The notes: generated by a model from the sequence alone, not told the origin. A stretch of DNA of 64,000 bases from an uncultured Gemmataceae bacterium (GCA_963750165.1 CAVVPN010000012.1:448001-512000), one strand, 5' to 3'. Shown: positions 1-11,577, counted from the stretch's first letter. Program-made: numbers and translations.

Positions 1-106
1 GGGCCTGGCCGAACAGGCCCGTCGGCGCCAGGGCGGCGCACAACAGCAGGGTCAGCAGGCCGCGGCCCCAGGCCGTGGTCGCCGGTGCGCGAGTGGTCTC
101 CGTCAT
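1..106 (-). CDS. 5' fragment of a probably secreted protein (runs off window start)
   Basis: ATG at 106 with GAGG upstream; translation MTETTRAPATTAWGRGLLTLLCAALAPTGLFGQA looks like a signal peptide. Confidence 0.55.
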   Translation of the reverse strand, partial: MTETTRAPATTAWGRGLLTLLLCAALAPTGLFGQA

Positions 107-276
107 TGGTCGGCCCTCGAAGTGCGGGAAGGTCGAGCGCGAATTTGGGAGGCGCGGTATAGGCTCCCCTTCCCACCCTGTCAAGAGCAGGTCCACGGCG
201 AAACTTGAGGAAATCTTTGGGAAAAATCAACACGCGCGGATTGGCTTCGTAGAACCCCCTGGCGAGCGGGACCGCG

Positions 277-1175
277 TCAGCGCCCGGCCCGCAGCGGTTG
301 CACCGGGTCCACCAGGAATTCCACTTCCGGGTCCGTGCGGCGGTACCAGCGCACCTGGCCGTTGTCAGGGTCGAAGAACGCCTCGGCGGCCGGCCGCTGC
401 GCCTGCTCGTCCTGGCGCTGCCAGTCCGCGATCTGCGCGAACAGGGTCGCCATGTCGTAGACGCCCGGTTCCTTGCCCGAAATCACCCGGTCGCCGCGCT
501 TGACCAGCTCCCACTCGCCGTCGCGCACGGCTACCAGGTAGCGCTCGGCGTGCCGCGCGTCCGCCTGGCGCAACTGGTACTCCAGCTGGTAGTCGTGCAG
601 GCTGGCCTTGCGGTTGTCCCAGCGCCGCTGTGCCGCGACCAGTTCCGCGCGCGTCAGCGGGGTGGGTGTCACCGGCTTGACCTCCGTGACGGTGATCTCG
701 ACGCGGCTGCTGGTACCGGACACGCGGCGGACGAAGTGCAGCAGATGGCCGTCCTGCGGATCGAACAACGCCACCATGAAGGCGCGCCGGCGCCGGGTTT
801 TTTGTCCTGCGTCAGGTAATCGTCGAGGAAATCGAAGAACGCCGGGACGCCCTGCGTGGCGTACAGGCGCGTCGGCAGCGGTGTCTGCTTGAAGCGCGGT
901 GCCGTGCTCAGGGTGCCGTAGACGACCCGGCCGTGCCGCACCTTGATGACGTACTCGTCCTCACTTTCGCCGCCCTGGCCCTGGCGCTGGACCTTGTAAA
1001 AGAGGTCGTAGTCCGCCGGGCCGTGCTGCTCCCAAAGCTTGCGGGCGGCGGCGAGCTGCTCCGGCTTGAGTTGCTGGCCCAGGTTGTAGGCGATCAACGT
1101 GACCACCGCGCCCAGCGTCAGTACGCCCACGATGACGAAGAACCAGACCCAGTAACGGTTGCGGCGCACGGCCAT
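277..1175 (-). CDS. Membrane-anchored protein with two tandem DUF6174-like domains; frameshift near 785-800
   Basis: ORFs 669-1175 and 277-777 join into an N-terminal TM helix plus two homologous units (LAAARKLWEQHGPADYDLFY / LVAAQRRWDNRKASLHDYQLEY; FDPQDG / FDPDNG). Confidence 0.65.
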
Positions 1176-1205
1176 GTTGATATTTCTATCTGTGTTATCT
1201 GGGGA

Positions 1206-2459
1206 TTAAATGGCTATCGCCCGCTGCGTGAACGTCTCGGGCAGCTCTGCCTTGGCGATGACCACGACGCCCTGCTCGGTCACCTGGAAGCCGCGCTGCC
1301 TGTCGTGTTCCAGGTTGTAGCCGATGATCGTGCCCGGCGGCAGTTTCACGTCCTTGTCGATGATCGTCTTGCGAATGCGGCAGTGCCGGCCCACGTCCAC
1401 GCCGTCGAACAGGATCGAGTTCTCCACCACCGCGAAACTGTTGACGCGCACGTTCGGCGACAAAATGCTGCGGCGCACATGGCCGCCGCTGATGATGCAA
1501 CCCTGGCACACCATGCTGTTGTGCGCTTCACCGCGCCGCGCCTCCGGGCCGGGGCCGTCGTCGAAGACGAACTTCGGCGGCGGCAACTGCGGCTGGTGCG
1601 TGCGGATCGGCCACTCGCGGTCGTACAGGTTCAGCACCGGGTCGATGTCGATCAGGTCCATGTTCGCCTGATAGTAGGCGTCGAGCGTGCCCACGTCGCG
1701 CCAGTAGGGCACCGTCTTGCGGTTCTTGTCGCGGAAGCGGAACGCCTGCACCTTCTGCGACGGAATCATCACCGGGATGATGTTCCGGCCGAAGTCGTGG
1801 GCGCTGTCGGCGCGCGTCGCGTCCTGGCAGAGCAATTCGTACATCAGCCGGGCCGTGAACACATAAATCCCCATCGATGCCAAAAAATGCTCCGGGTCGC
1901 CGGGAATCGGCGGCGGTTCCTTGACCTTCTCCTGGAAGTCGGTGACGCGATCCTCGCCATCGACCTGCACCGCGCCGAAGTGGATGCCGTCGCGCAGCGG
2001 CATGGGGATGCAGCCGATGGTCAGGTCGGCCTTGCGCTCGATGTGGTGGCGGATCATGTCGCCGTAGTCCATCTTGTAGATGTGGTCGCCGGCGAGGATC
2101 ACCACGAGGCGGGGGTCGGCCTTTTCGATGGTGTAGATGTTCTGATAAATGGCGTCCGCGGTGCCCTTGTACCAGTGCTCGTCAATGCGCTGCTGCGGCG
2201 GCAGCACTTCCACGTACTCATCCAGCTCGCGCGTCAGGAAGCTCCAGCCGGTGCCGATGTGGCGGTCAAGGCTGCGCGCCTTGTACTGCGTCAGCACGAG
2301 AATCTTGCGCAGGTTGCTGTTCAGGCAGTTCGAGAGCGTGAAATCGATGATGCGGTAGAGGCCGCCGAAGGGCACTGCCGGCTTGGCGCGGTCGCGCGTC
2401 AGTGGCTCCAGGCGCGTGCCCTTGCCGCCGGCTAATATCAAGGTCAAGACATCGTTCAC
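1206..2459 (-). CDS. glgC: Glucose-1-phosphate adenylyltransferase
   Basis: ILAGGKGTRLEPLTRDRAKPAVPFGG, GTADAIYQN, ASMGIYVF, YWRDVGT; GTG start with GGAGG SD. Confidence 0.97.
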   Translation of the reverse strand: MNDVLTLILAGGKGTRLEPLTRDRAKPAVPFGGLYRIIDFTLSNCLNSNLRKILVLTQYKARSLDRHIGTGWSFLTRELDEYVEVLPPQQRIDEHWYKGTADAIYQNIYTIEKADPRLVVILAGDHIYKMDYGDMIRHHIERKADLTIGCIPMPLRDGIHFGAVQVDGEDRVTDFQEKVKEPPPIPGDPEHFLASMGIYVFTARLMYELLCQDATRADSAHDFGRNIIPVMIPSQKVQAFRFRDKNRKTVPYWRDVGTLDAYYQANMDLIDIDPVLNLYDREWPIRTHQPQLPPPKFVFDDGPGPEARRGEAHNSMVCQGCIISGGHVRRSILSPNVRVNSFAVVENSILFDGVDVGRHCRIRKTIIDKDVKLPPGTIIGYNLEHDRQRGFQVTEQGVVVIAKAELPETFTQRAIAI

Positions 2460-2516
2460 AGGTGCGTTCCTCCTCCCGTCATTGTGTTGACGGGGGCGGC
2501 GCACGCAACCCAATTT

Positions 2517-3608
2517 TCAAGCAACTCGCGCGTACACATCGGCGACGTGGCGGGCCAGTTCCGCCACAGGAAAGTCCCGCAACACCCGCGCCCGACCCGC
2601 CGCGCCCAGCTGCCGCCGAGCGGCCTCGTCGCGCAACAGCCGCTGTGTCTGCCGGGCCAGGCCCACCTTGTCGCCGGGCTCCACCAGACAGCCTGTTTCG
2701 CCGTCCGCGACGACCTCGGCCAACTCCGGCAGCCGCGACGCGACCACCGGCCGCCCCAGGGCCTGCGCTTCCAGCGCCACATGAACGCCCGCCGGCGCCA
2801 GGCTCGGCACCCAGACAACCTCCGCGGCGGCCAGCGGTTCGGCCATGTCCGGCACGGCGCCGGCGAAGTCCACCACGGGCCGCATGTCGATCCGGTCGGT
2901 GAAGTGCTCCAGCGCCGGCCGCTCCGGGCCGTCGCCGACCAGGTGCAGCCGCAGGTCCGGCGCGACGTAATGCAAGATGTCGAACGCCCAGATGGCGTCA
3001 CGGAAGCCCTTGTGCCGCACCATGCGACCAGCGCACACCAGTTGCGGCGGCCTGCTTTTCGCTCCCTCCCCCCTGGTGGGGGAGGGTTGGGGTGGGGGGG
3101 ACGCCAGCGCCTCGACCGCCGGACACACCACCTCGATGGCCTCCGCCGACAGCCCAAAGCGGCGGCAGCGGTCGGCCTCGGCGGCGCCGCCGGTCAGCAA
3201 GCGCCAGGCGTGCCGCAGCAGCCAGCGGTCCAGCAGGCCGGGACGCCAGGCCCCGCGCGGCAGCGGGTCGCTCACGATCAGCCGCGCCGCCGGCCGGCCG
3301 ACCGCCAGGCCCAGCGCTCGTAATGCCGCGGGCCGCCAGACGTGGATCACCGCCGGGGCCAGAGCGCGCACCAGCGCTCGCAGCCGCCACAGCGCCACAG
3401 GGTCGAAGCGGCGGCCCCGGCCCAGCGTGTGGACCGTCACGCCGGCGCGGCGCAATTCCGCCGCCAACGGCGTCGCGCCGCCGAGCGCGGCCACGGTCAC
3501 GTCGAAGGCCGAACGCGGTAGCGCTCGCGCCAGCTGACACGCCTGTCTGGCGGCGCCGCCGTAAGCGAGGTCCGGCACCAATAAAAAGATGTGCATGGCT
3601 TTCCTCAT
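2517..3608 (-). CDS. GT4-family glycosyltransferase
   Basis: GGAARQ N-terminus, GRMVRHKG, VGDGPER, LEAQALGRPVVAS. Confidence 0.9.
   Translation of the reverse strand: MRKAMHIFLLVPDLAYGGAARQACQLARALPRSAFDVTVAALGGATPLAAELRRAGVTVHTLGRGRRFDPVALWRLRALVRALAPAVIHVWRPAALRALGLAVGRPAARLIVSDPLPRGAWRPGLLDRWLLRHAWRLLTGGAAEADRCRRFGLSAEAIEVVCPAVEALASPPPQPSPTRGEGAKSRPPQLVCAGRMVRHKGFRDAIWAFDILHYVAPDLRLHLVGDGPERPALEHFTDRIDMRPVVDFAGAVPDMAEPLAAAEVVWVPSLAPAGVHVALEAQALGRPVVASRLPELAEVVADGETGCLVEPGDKVGLARQTQRLLRDEAARRQLGAAGRARVLRDFPVAELARHVADVYARVA
3062..3100. repeat. CCCTCCCC..GGGGAGGG..GGGG palindromic element inserted in-frame in the GT4 gene
   Basis: Encodes PPPQPSPTRGEG; similar intergenic copies at 33803-33833 and 52371-52418. 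Confidence 0.7.
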
Positions 3609-4126
3609 CCGTGAGGCGGCGAATCCAGCACCGCCACGTAGGGCAGGTGCCGGTACTCGTCGTTGTAGTCCAGGCCGTAGCCGACCACGAAGGCGTCGGG
3701 GATCTCGAAACCGCAGTAGTCCGGCTCCAGCGGCACCCGCTGCCGGCCGAGCTTGCGCAGCAGCACCGCCACGCGCACCGACAGCGCCCCCTGATCGCGG
3801 ACGTGCTGCACCACCTGGCCCAGCGTCTGGCCGGTGTCGAGGATGTCGTCGAGCAGCAGCACATGCCGGCCGCGCACGTCCAGCAGCAGGCTCGGCGTGA
3901 TACGCAACTCGCCCGGCGTCGTGGTCTCGCCGCGGTAGCTCGACGCCTGCAACAGACCGATGCGCAGCGGCAGGTCCAGGTGCCGCACCAGGTCTGCCAG
4001 GAACATCAGGCAGCCGGTCAGGACGCCGATAATGGTGACCGGCCGGTCATGGTAGTCGTGGGCCACGGCGGCCGCCACCTCCGCGACGCGCTGCTGCAAT
4101 CGCTCGGCGCTAATCAGGATTTGCAT
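3605..4126 (-). CDS. hpt: Hypoxanthine phosphoribosyltransferase
   Basis: VLLLDDILDTGQTL PRPP motif, FVVGYGLDY, YRHLPY. Confidence 0.96.
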   Translation of the reverse strand: MQILISAERLQQRVAEVAAAVAHDYHDRPVTIIGVLTGCLMFLADLVRHLDLPLRIGLLQASSYRGETTTPGELRITPSLLLDVRGRHVLLLDDILDTGQTLGQVVQHVRDQGALSVRVAVLLRKLGRQRVPLEPDYCGFEIPDAFVVGYGLDYNDEYRHLPYVAVLDSPPHG

Positions 4127-4452
4127 CGCTTCATGGTCCTTTCGGCCGCGGAGACGCCGCGGTGGTCGTATTGAACACGAAACCGCGCCGCCGGGAAAGG
4201 CCGACCCGCGCTCCTTGCCGCACCGGCGTCAAGCTGGACAAGCTGGCGCCGGCGCCGCGGTTGGCGAAGTCCGCAAACTCGGACTGATGCGCACGCCCGG
4301 CACGGCCGATAAACAGAGACAGACACATCGCGCCGTCCCGCCAACCGGCGCCTCCATCCAACCAAACTTTCCGGGCCTCGCCGGCGCCGCCGCGTTTGGT
4401 GGGCGTCCGCTGTCGGTCAATACGCGACGTGTGGCAAAAGGAGACCTGTCTC

Positions 4453-6929
4453 ATGGTCTGGTCAAAATGGCAAGCAGCCCTGGCCGTGACGGTGGCCTGG
4501 GCGGGGCTGGCGCACGGCCAGCAGTCCTCGACAGCGCCGGTCGCGCCGCCCATGCCGGCACGGTCCATGACCATCCAGGAAGGTTACGGGCCGCTGCAGG
4601 TCCGCATCCTGCGAACCTGGACAATGCGGGACGGCTCCGAGGTTCATCAGGTGGTGGCGCCCGGCGGCGAGTTCATCACCGTCGTGCTGAGCCCCACCAG
4701 CCCCTCCGGCGGCAAGGGCGGGCCGACGTACATGCAGAAAATTTACCACTGGGGGGCAGGCAAGACCTCCCCCACCGGAGCGCCGCTGCCCCCGGATGGC
4801 AGCCCCGCCGCCCCGGCCACCGCCAGGGCACCGGCCGCCCCCGTCTCCCCCCCGCCGCCAGGGCACCGGCCGCCCCTGCCAACGGCAGCGTGCGCCAGGT
4901 CGTGGGCGCCGGTAACACATTTTACCCGAACGTCGGCGCCCCCAGCGCCCCGCCACCGGCCGCCAGCGCCCCGGCCGCCGCCGGCGCCACGCCCTACGCC
5001 GCTGTCGGCCGGCCCAGCGCCCCGACCGCCGCGGTGCCGGTCACGACCGCGCCCATCTCGAACTCGTACCCGACGATGAACACCCCGGCCGCGCCGGTCA
5101 CGACCGCCCAGGCCGCCTCGCCCGCGCCGCCATCCCAGGCAGCCGTGTTCCGCGCGGGCGACATCCGCACCATCCAGGAAGCGGGCAAGTCGCCGATCAA
5201 GTGTCACATCCTTCGCGTCTGGCGAACGCCCGAAGGGTTGCAGGCGTGTGAGATGCAGTCGCTGGAAACCGGCGAGAAAATGACCATCGTTGAGAGCGGC
5301 CCGGTCACCACGATGCAGGGCACCGGCAACACCCGCAAGCTGGCGATGGCCACGCGCATCTTCCACTGGGACCGCTCCGGCACCCCGCCCACCGACGCGC
5401 CCAGGCCGCCGGCGGTCGTCAACAGCACTCCCGCCGTGGCCGCCAACTGCCCGCAGTGTAACGGCCCGGTCGTCATGGAAGTGGCGCCGCGGCCCACCCT
5501 GGGCCAGCGCATCCAGAACCTGTTCGCCAAGGCGCCGGCGCCCCAGGTGGTGCCACCACCAGTCAACGCCGAGCCGCTGGTGGTCACCCAGGCGCCGCCC
5601 TTTGAAATCCGCGGCACCCCGCTGCCCGATCTGGCCTGCAAGCCGAAAGCGGAGCCGGTCGTTGTCGTCCCACCGCCGGTGCCCCTGGTGGTGCCGCCAG
5701 TCAAGGTTGCGGTGCCGCAGGCCGAACTGCCCGGCAAGCCGAAGGCGGAGCCGGTCGTCGTCGTCACGCCACCGCCGCCCGTGTCGATGGTGAAGACGAA
5801 GCAGGACGACCCGTTGACCCGTCCCGAGTTCTTCATGCCCCGTTCGGTGGAACAGAAGTTGATCCAGCCGAAGCCGCCCATCCCGCCCGTCCCGCCGACA
5901 ACGACCGGCCTGGTCGCGGGCATGGGCGTGCAGGGGTCGCAGCCAACGGAGCCGTCCAGTCTGCCGCTGGGCTCCAAATCGGTCATTGAGGCGTACAACG
6001 GCATGACCAACAAGATCAAGTACCTGCCGGTGCCCGTGGTCACGGTGCCGGAGCCGCACCGTCCGCCGCTGCCGCCCGTGCCGCAGATTCCGCAGGCGCC
6101 GCAGCAGAACGCCTACGTCAATGCCTGGACGCCGCCGCAGGCGTACAACATCGACGGCAGCGTCAAGCAGGCGCCGATGCCGGCCCAACCGCCGATGATG
6201 ACGCCGCCGGGAATGCCCTCCGGTCTGCCGCCGGCGACGGGCCAGATGTACCCGCCCGGCTACGGCCCCAATCCGTACATGATGCCGCCAGGCTACAACC
6301 CGCAGCTGGCCCAGGGCCCGTGGCCGCGCACCTACCAGGGCCCGCTGCCGCCCAACGTGCAGCCGCTGATGCCGATGCCCATGATGCCGGCCGGCTACCC
6401 AGCGCCCGGCATGATGCCGGCCAACCCTGCCATGGACCGGCGGCCGGTCGTGCAAATGTCGGCCCAGCAGTCCGCCACGCAGGACAGCCTGGAGCAGATG
6501 GTGTATGTGCTTAGAACGTCGGTGTACCCATCGCAGCGCGAGTGGGCCGCCAATAACCTGACGCTGTTCGACTGGCGGACGCAGCCGCAGGTGGTGCTGG
6601 CGCTGCTGGAGGCGGCGAAGCAGGACCCGGCCCCGACCGTCCGCGCCAGCTGCGCCTACAACCTGGCGCGGATGCAGGTGAAGGCCGAGCCGGTGGTCCT
6701 GGTGCTGCAACAGCTGAAGTCCGACAGCGACCCGCGCGTGCGCCGCGAGGCGGAGCTGGCGCTGGCGAAGCTGGTCCCCGCCGGCGCCCCGACGCCCGCC
6801 CAGCTGGCGACGCAGTCCGTTGCGCCGGCGCCGGTGCAGCCGGCCCAGGCGGTGCAGCCCGCGCCGACGCCGGCCTACCTGCCGCCGGTGCCAGGCTCGG
6901 CGCTGCCGTCGGTGCCGACCTGGCGGTGA
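4453..6929 (+). CDS. Secreted Pro-rich protein with two repeated beta-rich domains and C-terminal HEAT repeats; frameshift near 4850-4880
   Basis: Signal peptide MVWSKWQAALAVTVAWAGLAHG; C-terminal HEAT-like DPAPTVRASCAYNL / DSDPRVRREAELAL; C-homopolymer at the frame switch. Confidence 0.7.
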
Positions 6930-6957
6930 GGCAATCGCCGCTCGTTCAAGTGAACTG

Positions 6958-7248
6958 GAGCGGTTGCCAGTGGCGTGGACCACGAACGGCAGCCTGGCGC
7001 TGGCAGGGCGCCGATTCTCGACGTATGAAAAAGTTGGCGTTCTTGGCGTCCTTGGCGTTCTTGCTGTGGCAACCGTCGCCGTTGGTTGTCGCGCCGTGCC
7101 ACTCCCACGCGGCCAGGGCGCCAACTCTCGACGTGTGAAAAAGTTGGCCCCCTTGGCTCCCTTGGCCCCCTTGCTGTGGCAGAGCAGGCCGCTGGTGGTC
7201 AGCCCGTGCCAGCCACCCCATGCGTGGCAAACCGTGTGTGAACCGCTC
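6958..7248 (+). repeat. ~290-bp dispersed MITE-like element, copy A
   Basis: Aligns end to end with the reverse complement of 14367-14654; terminal IR GAGCGGTT/AACCGCTC; internal direct repeats start at 7016 and 7126. Confidence 0.85.
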
Positions 7249-7388
7249 TGGAAGGCGAGCCGGGAGTTCCCGGCTCGCCTTCCTGTCCGCTTGAACGGGC
7301 GGCTTCGCCCATTTCGACAGTAGTTCCGCGCACCGAACGGGGATATGATGTCGGCGACCTGACCAGGACCGCTGCCCCCGGAGGAGCG

Positions 7389-8596
7389 ATGGCCATCACC
7401 GTCACATGCCCCGCTTGCAACACCAGTCTGCAATGTGGCCCCCAGCACCTGGGCAAACAGGTGGCTTGCCCGTCCTGTAAAACCCGGTTCGCACTACCGC
7501 CGCCCCTACCCGACGCCGGGTCCGCTCCCCAGCGGCTGCCGTCGGCGGTCAGCGCTGGCCGCCTGCCCGCGATCCCAACGGCCGCCGAAGCGGAGTCGCC
7601 GGGCCGGCACTTCGCCCGCCGTATGGGGCTGAACCTGGACGAATGGTACGACCCCGTTGTCGGCAGCGCGGCGGACGCGGACTGGGTGGAGAAACAATGG
7701 CGCGAGGAGTTGCCCGCGGTGCCGTCGGCCTACCAGCCGAGCGGCGCCCTGCCGGCGAGCGCCCTGCTGACGCTGGTCCTCGGGACGGCGGCCGGCGTGC
7801 TGGTCGGGACGCTGGCCGGCCTCGTTGTCGCGGCCGGTGTGGGGGTTGTGGTCGGCCTGCTCGGGCTTCTGGTCGGGTTGATGTTTTTCTGCGGCTACGT
7901 CTTGATAATGGGGATTATCCTGTTCGTTCTCGGCGCCGTCGTCGGGCTCGGCCTGACTTTCGCCGCGGCGGGCTGGGGGGCGGCCATGAGCACCACCCAG
8001 GCCGGCCGCTGGGGCAAGAACCGCAACCAGTCCGCGGCGGTCGTGCTGTCGCAGGGGTCTGCCGGCCTGGCTGTGACCTTGCTCTGGCTGCTGTACCAGG
8101 TGGCCGGCCAGCCCTTTCTCGAAACCCGTGGCTGGGCACCGCCGCAGCTGTTTGGGCTCGACCTGATCCCCGTGGGCGTGGCCCTGCTGGGGGTCGTGGT
8201 CGCTGTGATCGTGGCCGCCAAGGTCGCCGGGAAGCGAGTGCTCGCCGCCAAATTCTGCGAGGACTGCGACCAGTTCATGGACGTGCGCGAGTTGAACACG
8301 CTGAGCCGGGCAGTCCTGCGGGCTGCGGTGCTGGCGCTGGCGCAGGGCGACCTGGAGGCCGCCGCCAGCCTCCTCGACGAACCGCAGGCCAAGGAAGGGA
8401 AGGCGGCCCTGTTCGCCTGCCCGTCCTGCCGCGGGGTTACCTCGAACTCACGGCCCATTTCCGGGCCAAGTGGCGGGACGACAACGGCAATGGCACCCAG
8501 GAGCACGAGGAATCGTGGCTGGTGGCCTCGCTGGAACTGGCCCCGCCGGATGTGGATCGGTTCCGCTCCGGGGCTGGTGGCACGGAACGCGACTGA
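7389..8596 (+). CDS. Zn-ribbon multi-TM membrane protein; frameshift near 8430
   Basis: N-terminal CPAC..CPSC, several TM helices, C-terminal CEDC..CPSC continuing in another frame (RGYLELTAHF..); GAGGAG SD. Confidence 0.7.
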
Positions 8597-8602
8597 GCCT
8601 GA

Positions 8603-8776
8603 ATGATTCACCACAGAGAACGCAGAGCGCGCAGAGAAAAGACAACAGCGGATCCACAGAGGACACAGATGGTACACAGATAAAGACCTTTGAAATGGTC
8701 TTTAATCTGTGTTCCATCTGTGTTCTCTGTGGATCGACTCCTCGGTCTTCTCTCCGCGGTCTCCGTGGTGAATCAT
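8603..8776. repeat. Nested long hairpin built from CACAGA(G/T) ~9-mer repeats
   Basis: ATGATTCACCAC..GTGGTGAATCAT outer arms, GATCCACAGAG..CTCTGTGGATC inner arms; lies between convergent genes. Confidence 0.85.
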
Positions 8777-8781
8777 CCGGG

Positions 8782-10440
<1,659 letters not shown>

Positions 10441-10506
10441 TCAACACCCCTGTTATCGTCCGCCGCCCGGCCGCACTTGAGCACGGGCTTTTGGAAAACC
10501 AGGGAA

Positions 10507-11577
10507 TCATGAAGGCGCGTCATCGAACAGCGTGCCCTGCACCAGCCCCGGCCGCCGAAACGCCGCCGTGGACAGCACCCAGCCGCCGCGCCGCAGCCCC
10601 GCCCGCTGCCGGGCCAGGTGGAACAGCTGGTTGATGGCGTCCGCCAGCACGCCCGTGCCGCGCATACGGGTGCCGAAGGTGCTGTCGTTGAGTTTGCCGC
10701 CGCGCAGCTCACGGATGCGGCCCAGGACGCGGTCCTTTTTTTCGGGGAAGTGTTGCGTCAGCCACTGCTCGAACAGGTCGGCGACACCGTATGGCAGCCG
10801 TAGCATGGTGTAGCAGGCGAACGACGCCCCGGCGGCCGCGGCGGCGTCGAGCAGGGCGGGGAGTTCGTGGTCGTTCAATCCCGGGATGACGGGCGCGGTC
10901 ATGACGCCGACGGGGACGCCGGCCTGGCGCAGCGCGGCGACGGCGGCGAGACGGCCCTGCGGCTGCGAGGCGCACGGCTCCATCACGGCGTGCAGGTCGC
11001 GGTCGAGGGTGGTCAGCGACACGAACACCGCCGCCGCGTCGTGCCGGGCCAGGCGCGCGAGCACGTCGGCGTCGCGGGCCACAAGATGGTTTTTGGTGAC
11101 GATGAAGACAGGGTTGCGGAAGTCGGCGAGCACCTCCAGGCAGCGGCGCGTGAGCTGGAGCTTGCGCTCGATAGGCTGATAGGCGTCGGTGACGCCGCTG
11201 AGGCCGAGCGGTTTGGGCTGCCATTTCTTCGACGCCAGTTCGCGGCGCAGTAATTCGGGGGCGTCCTCCTTGACAAAGATGCGCGTCTCGAAATCCAAGC
11301 CCGCTGACAAACCCAAATACTCATGATAGGGGCGCGCGTAGCAGTACACACAACCATGGGAACATCCGCGATAAGGATTAATGCTCGCTTCAAAACCAAC
11401 ATCCGGACTTTCGTTAGTCGCGATAATTGTGCGCGTGGCGTCGCGATAATACTGCGTCGTCGGCGCGGGACGGTCGTCGGGCGGCAGGTCCGGGTCGGGT
11501 TCGTAGTGGATGCGCTCGAAGCGGTTGGCCGGGTTGGCGGAGGTGCCACGGCCGTGCAGGGGCAGTTCGATGGACAT
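10507..11577 (-). CDS. PA0069-family radical SAM protein (SplB-related)
   Basis: GRGTSANPANRFE, SINPYRGCSHGCVYCYARPYHEYLGLSAGLDFE, TDAYQPIE. Confidence 0.93.
   Translation of the reverse strand: MSIELPLHGRGTSANPANRFERIHYEPDPDLPPDDRPAPTTQYYRDATRTIIATNESPDVGFEASINPYRGCSHGCVYCYARPYHEYLGLSAGLDFETRIFVKEDAPELLRRELASKKWQPKPLGLSGVTDAYQPIERKLQLTRRCLEVLADFRNPVFIVTKNHLVARDADVLARLARHDAAAVFVSLTTLDRDLHAVMEPCASQPQGRLAAVAALRQAGVPVGVMTAPVIPGLNDHELPALLDAAAAAGASFACYTMLRLPYGVADLFEQWLTQHFPEKKDRVLGRIRELRGGKLNDSTFGTRMRGTGVLADAINQLFHLARQRAGLRRGGWVLSTAAFRRPGLVQGTLFDDAPS

Noticed and set aside
7016..7180. Two direct repeats with a spacer as a mini CRISPR array
   Set aside because: Only two units, 110-bp period, the spacer is homologous between loci, and there are no cas genes.
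6820..7323. ORFs with STYEKVGVLGVLGVL / RTPRTPRTP peptides repeated at 7 kb, 14.5 kb and 56.9 kb
   Set aside because: They are translations of the DNA repeat; starts, stops and frame are not conserved between copies.
4743..7448. Long antisense or alternative-frame ORFs (also 8470-10215, 30253-32514, 38319-40055, 53972-55645)
   Set aside because: Shadow ORFs of high-GC coding sequence opposite recognisable genes, with no motifs of their own.
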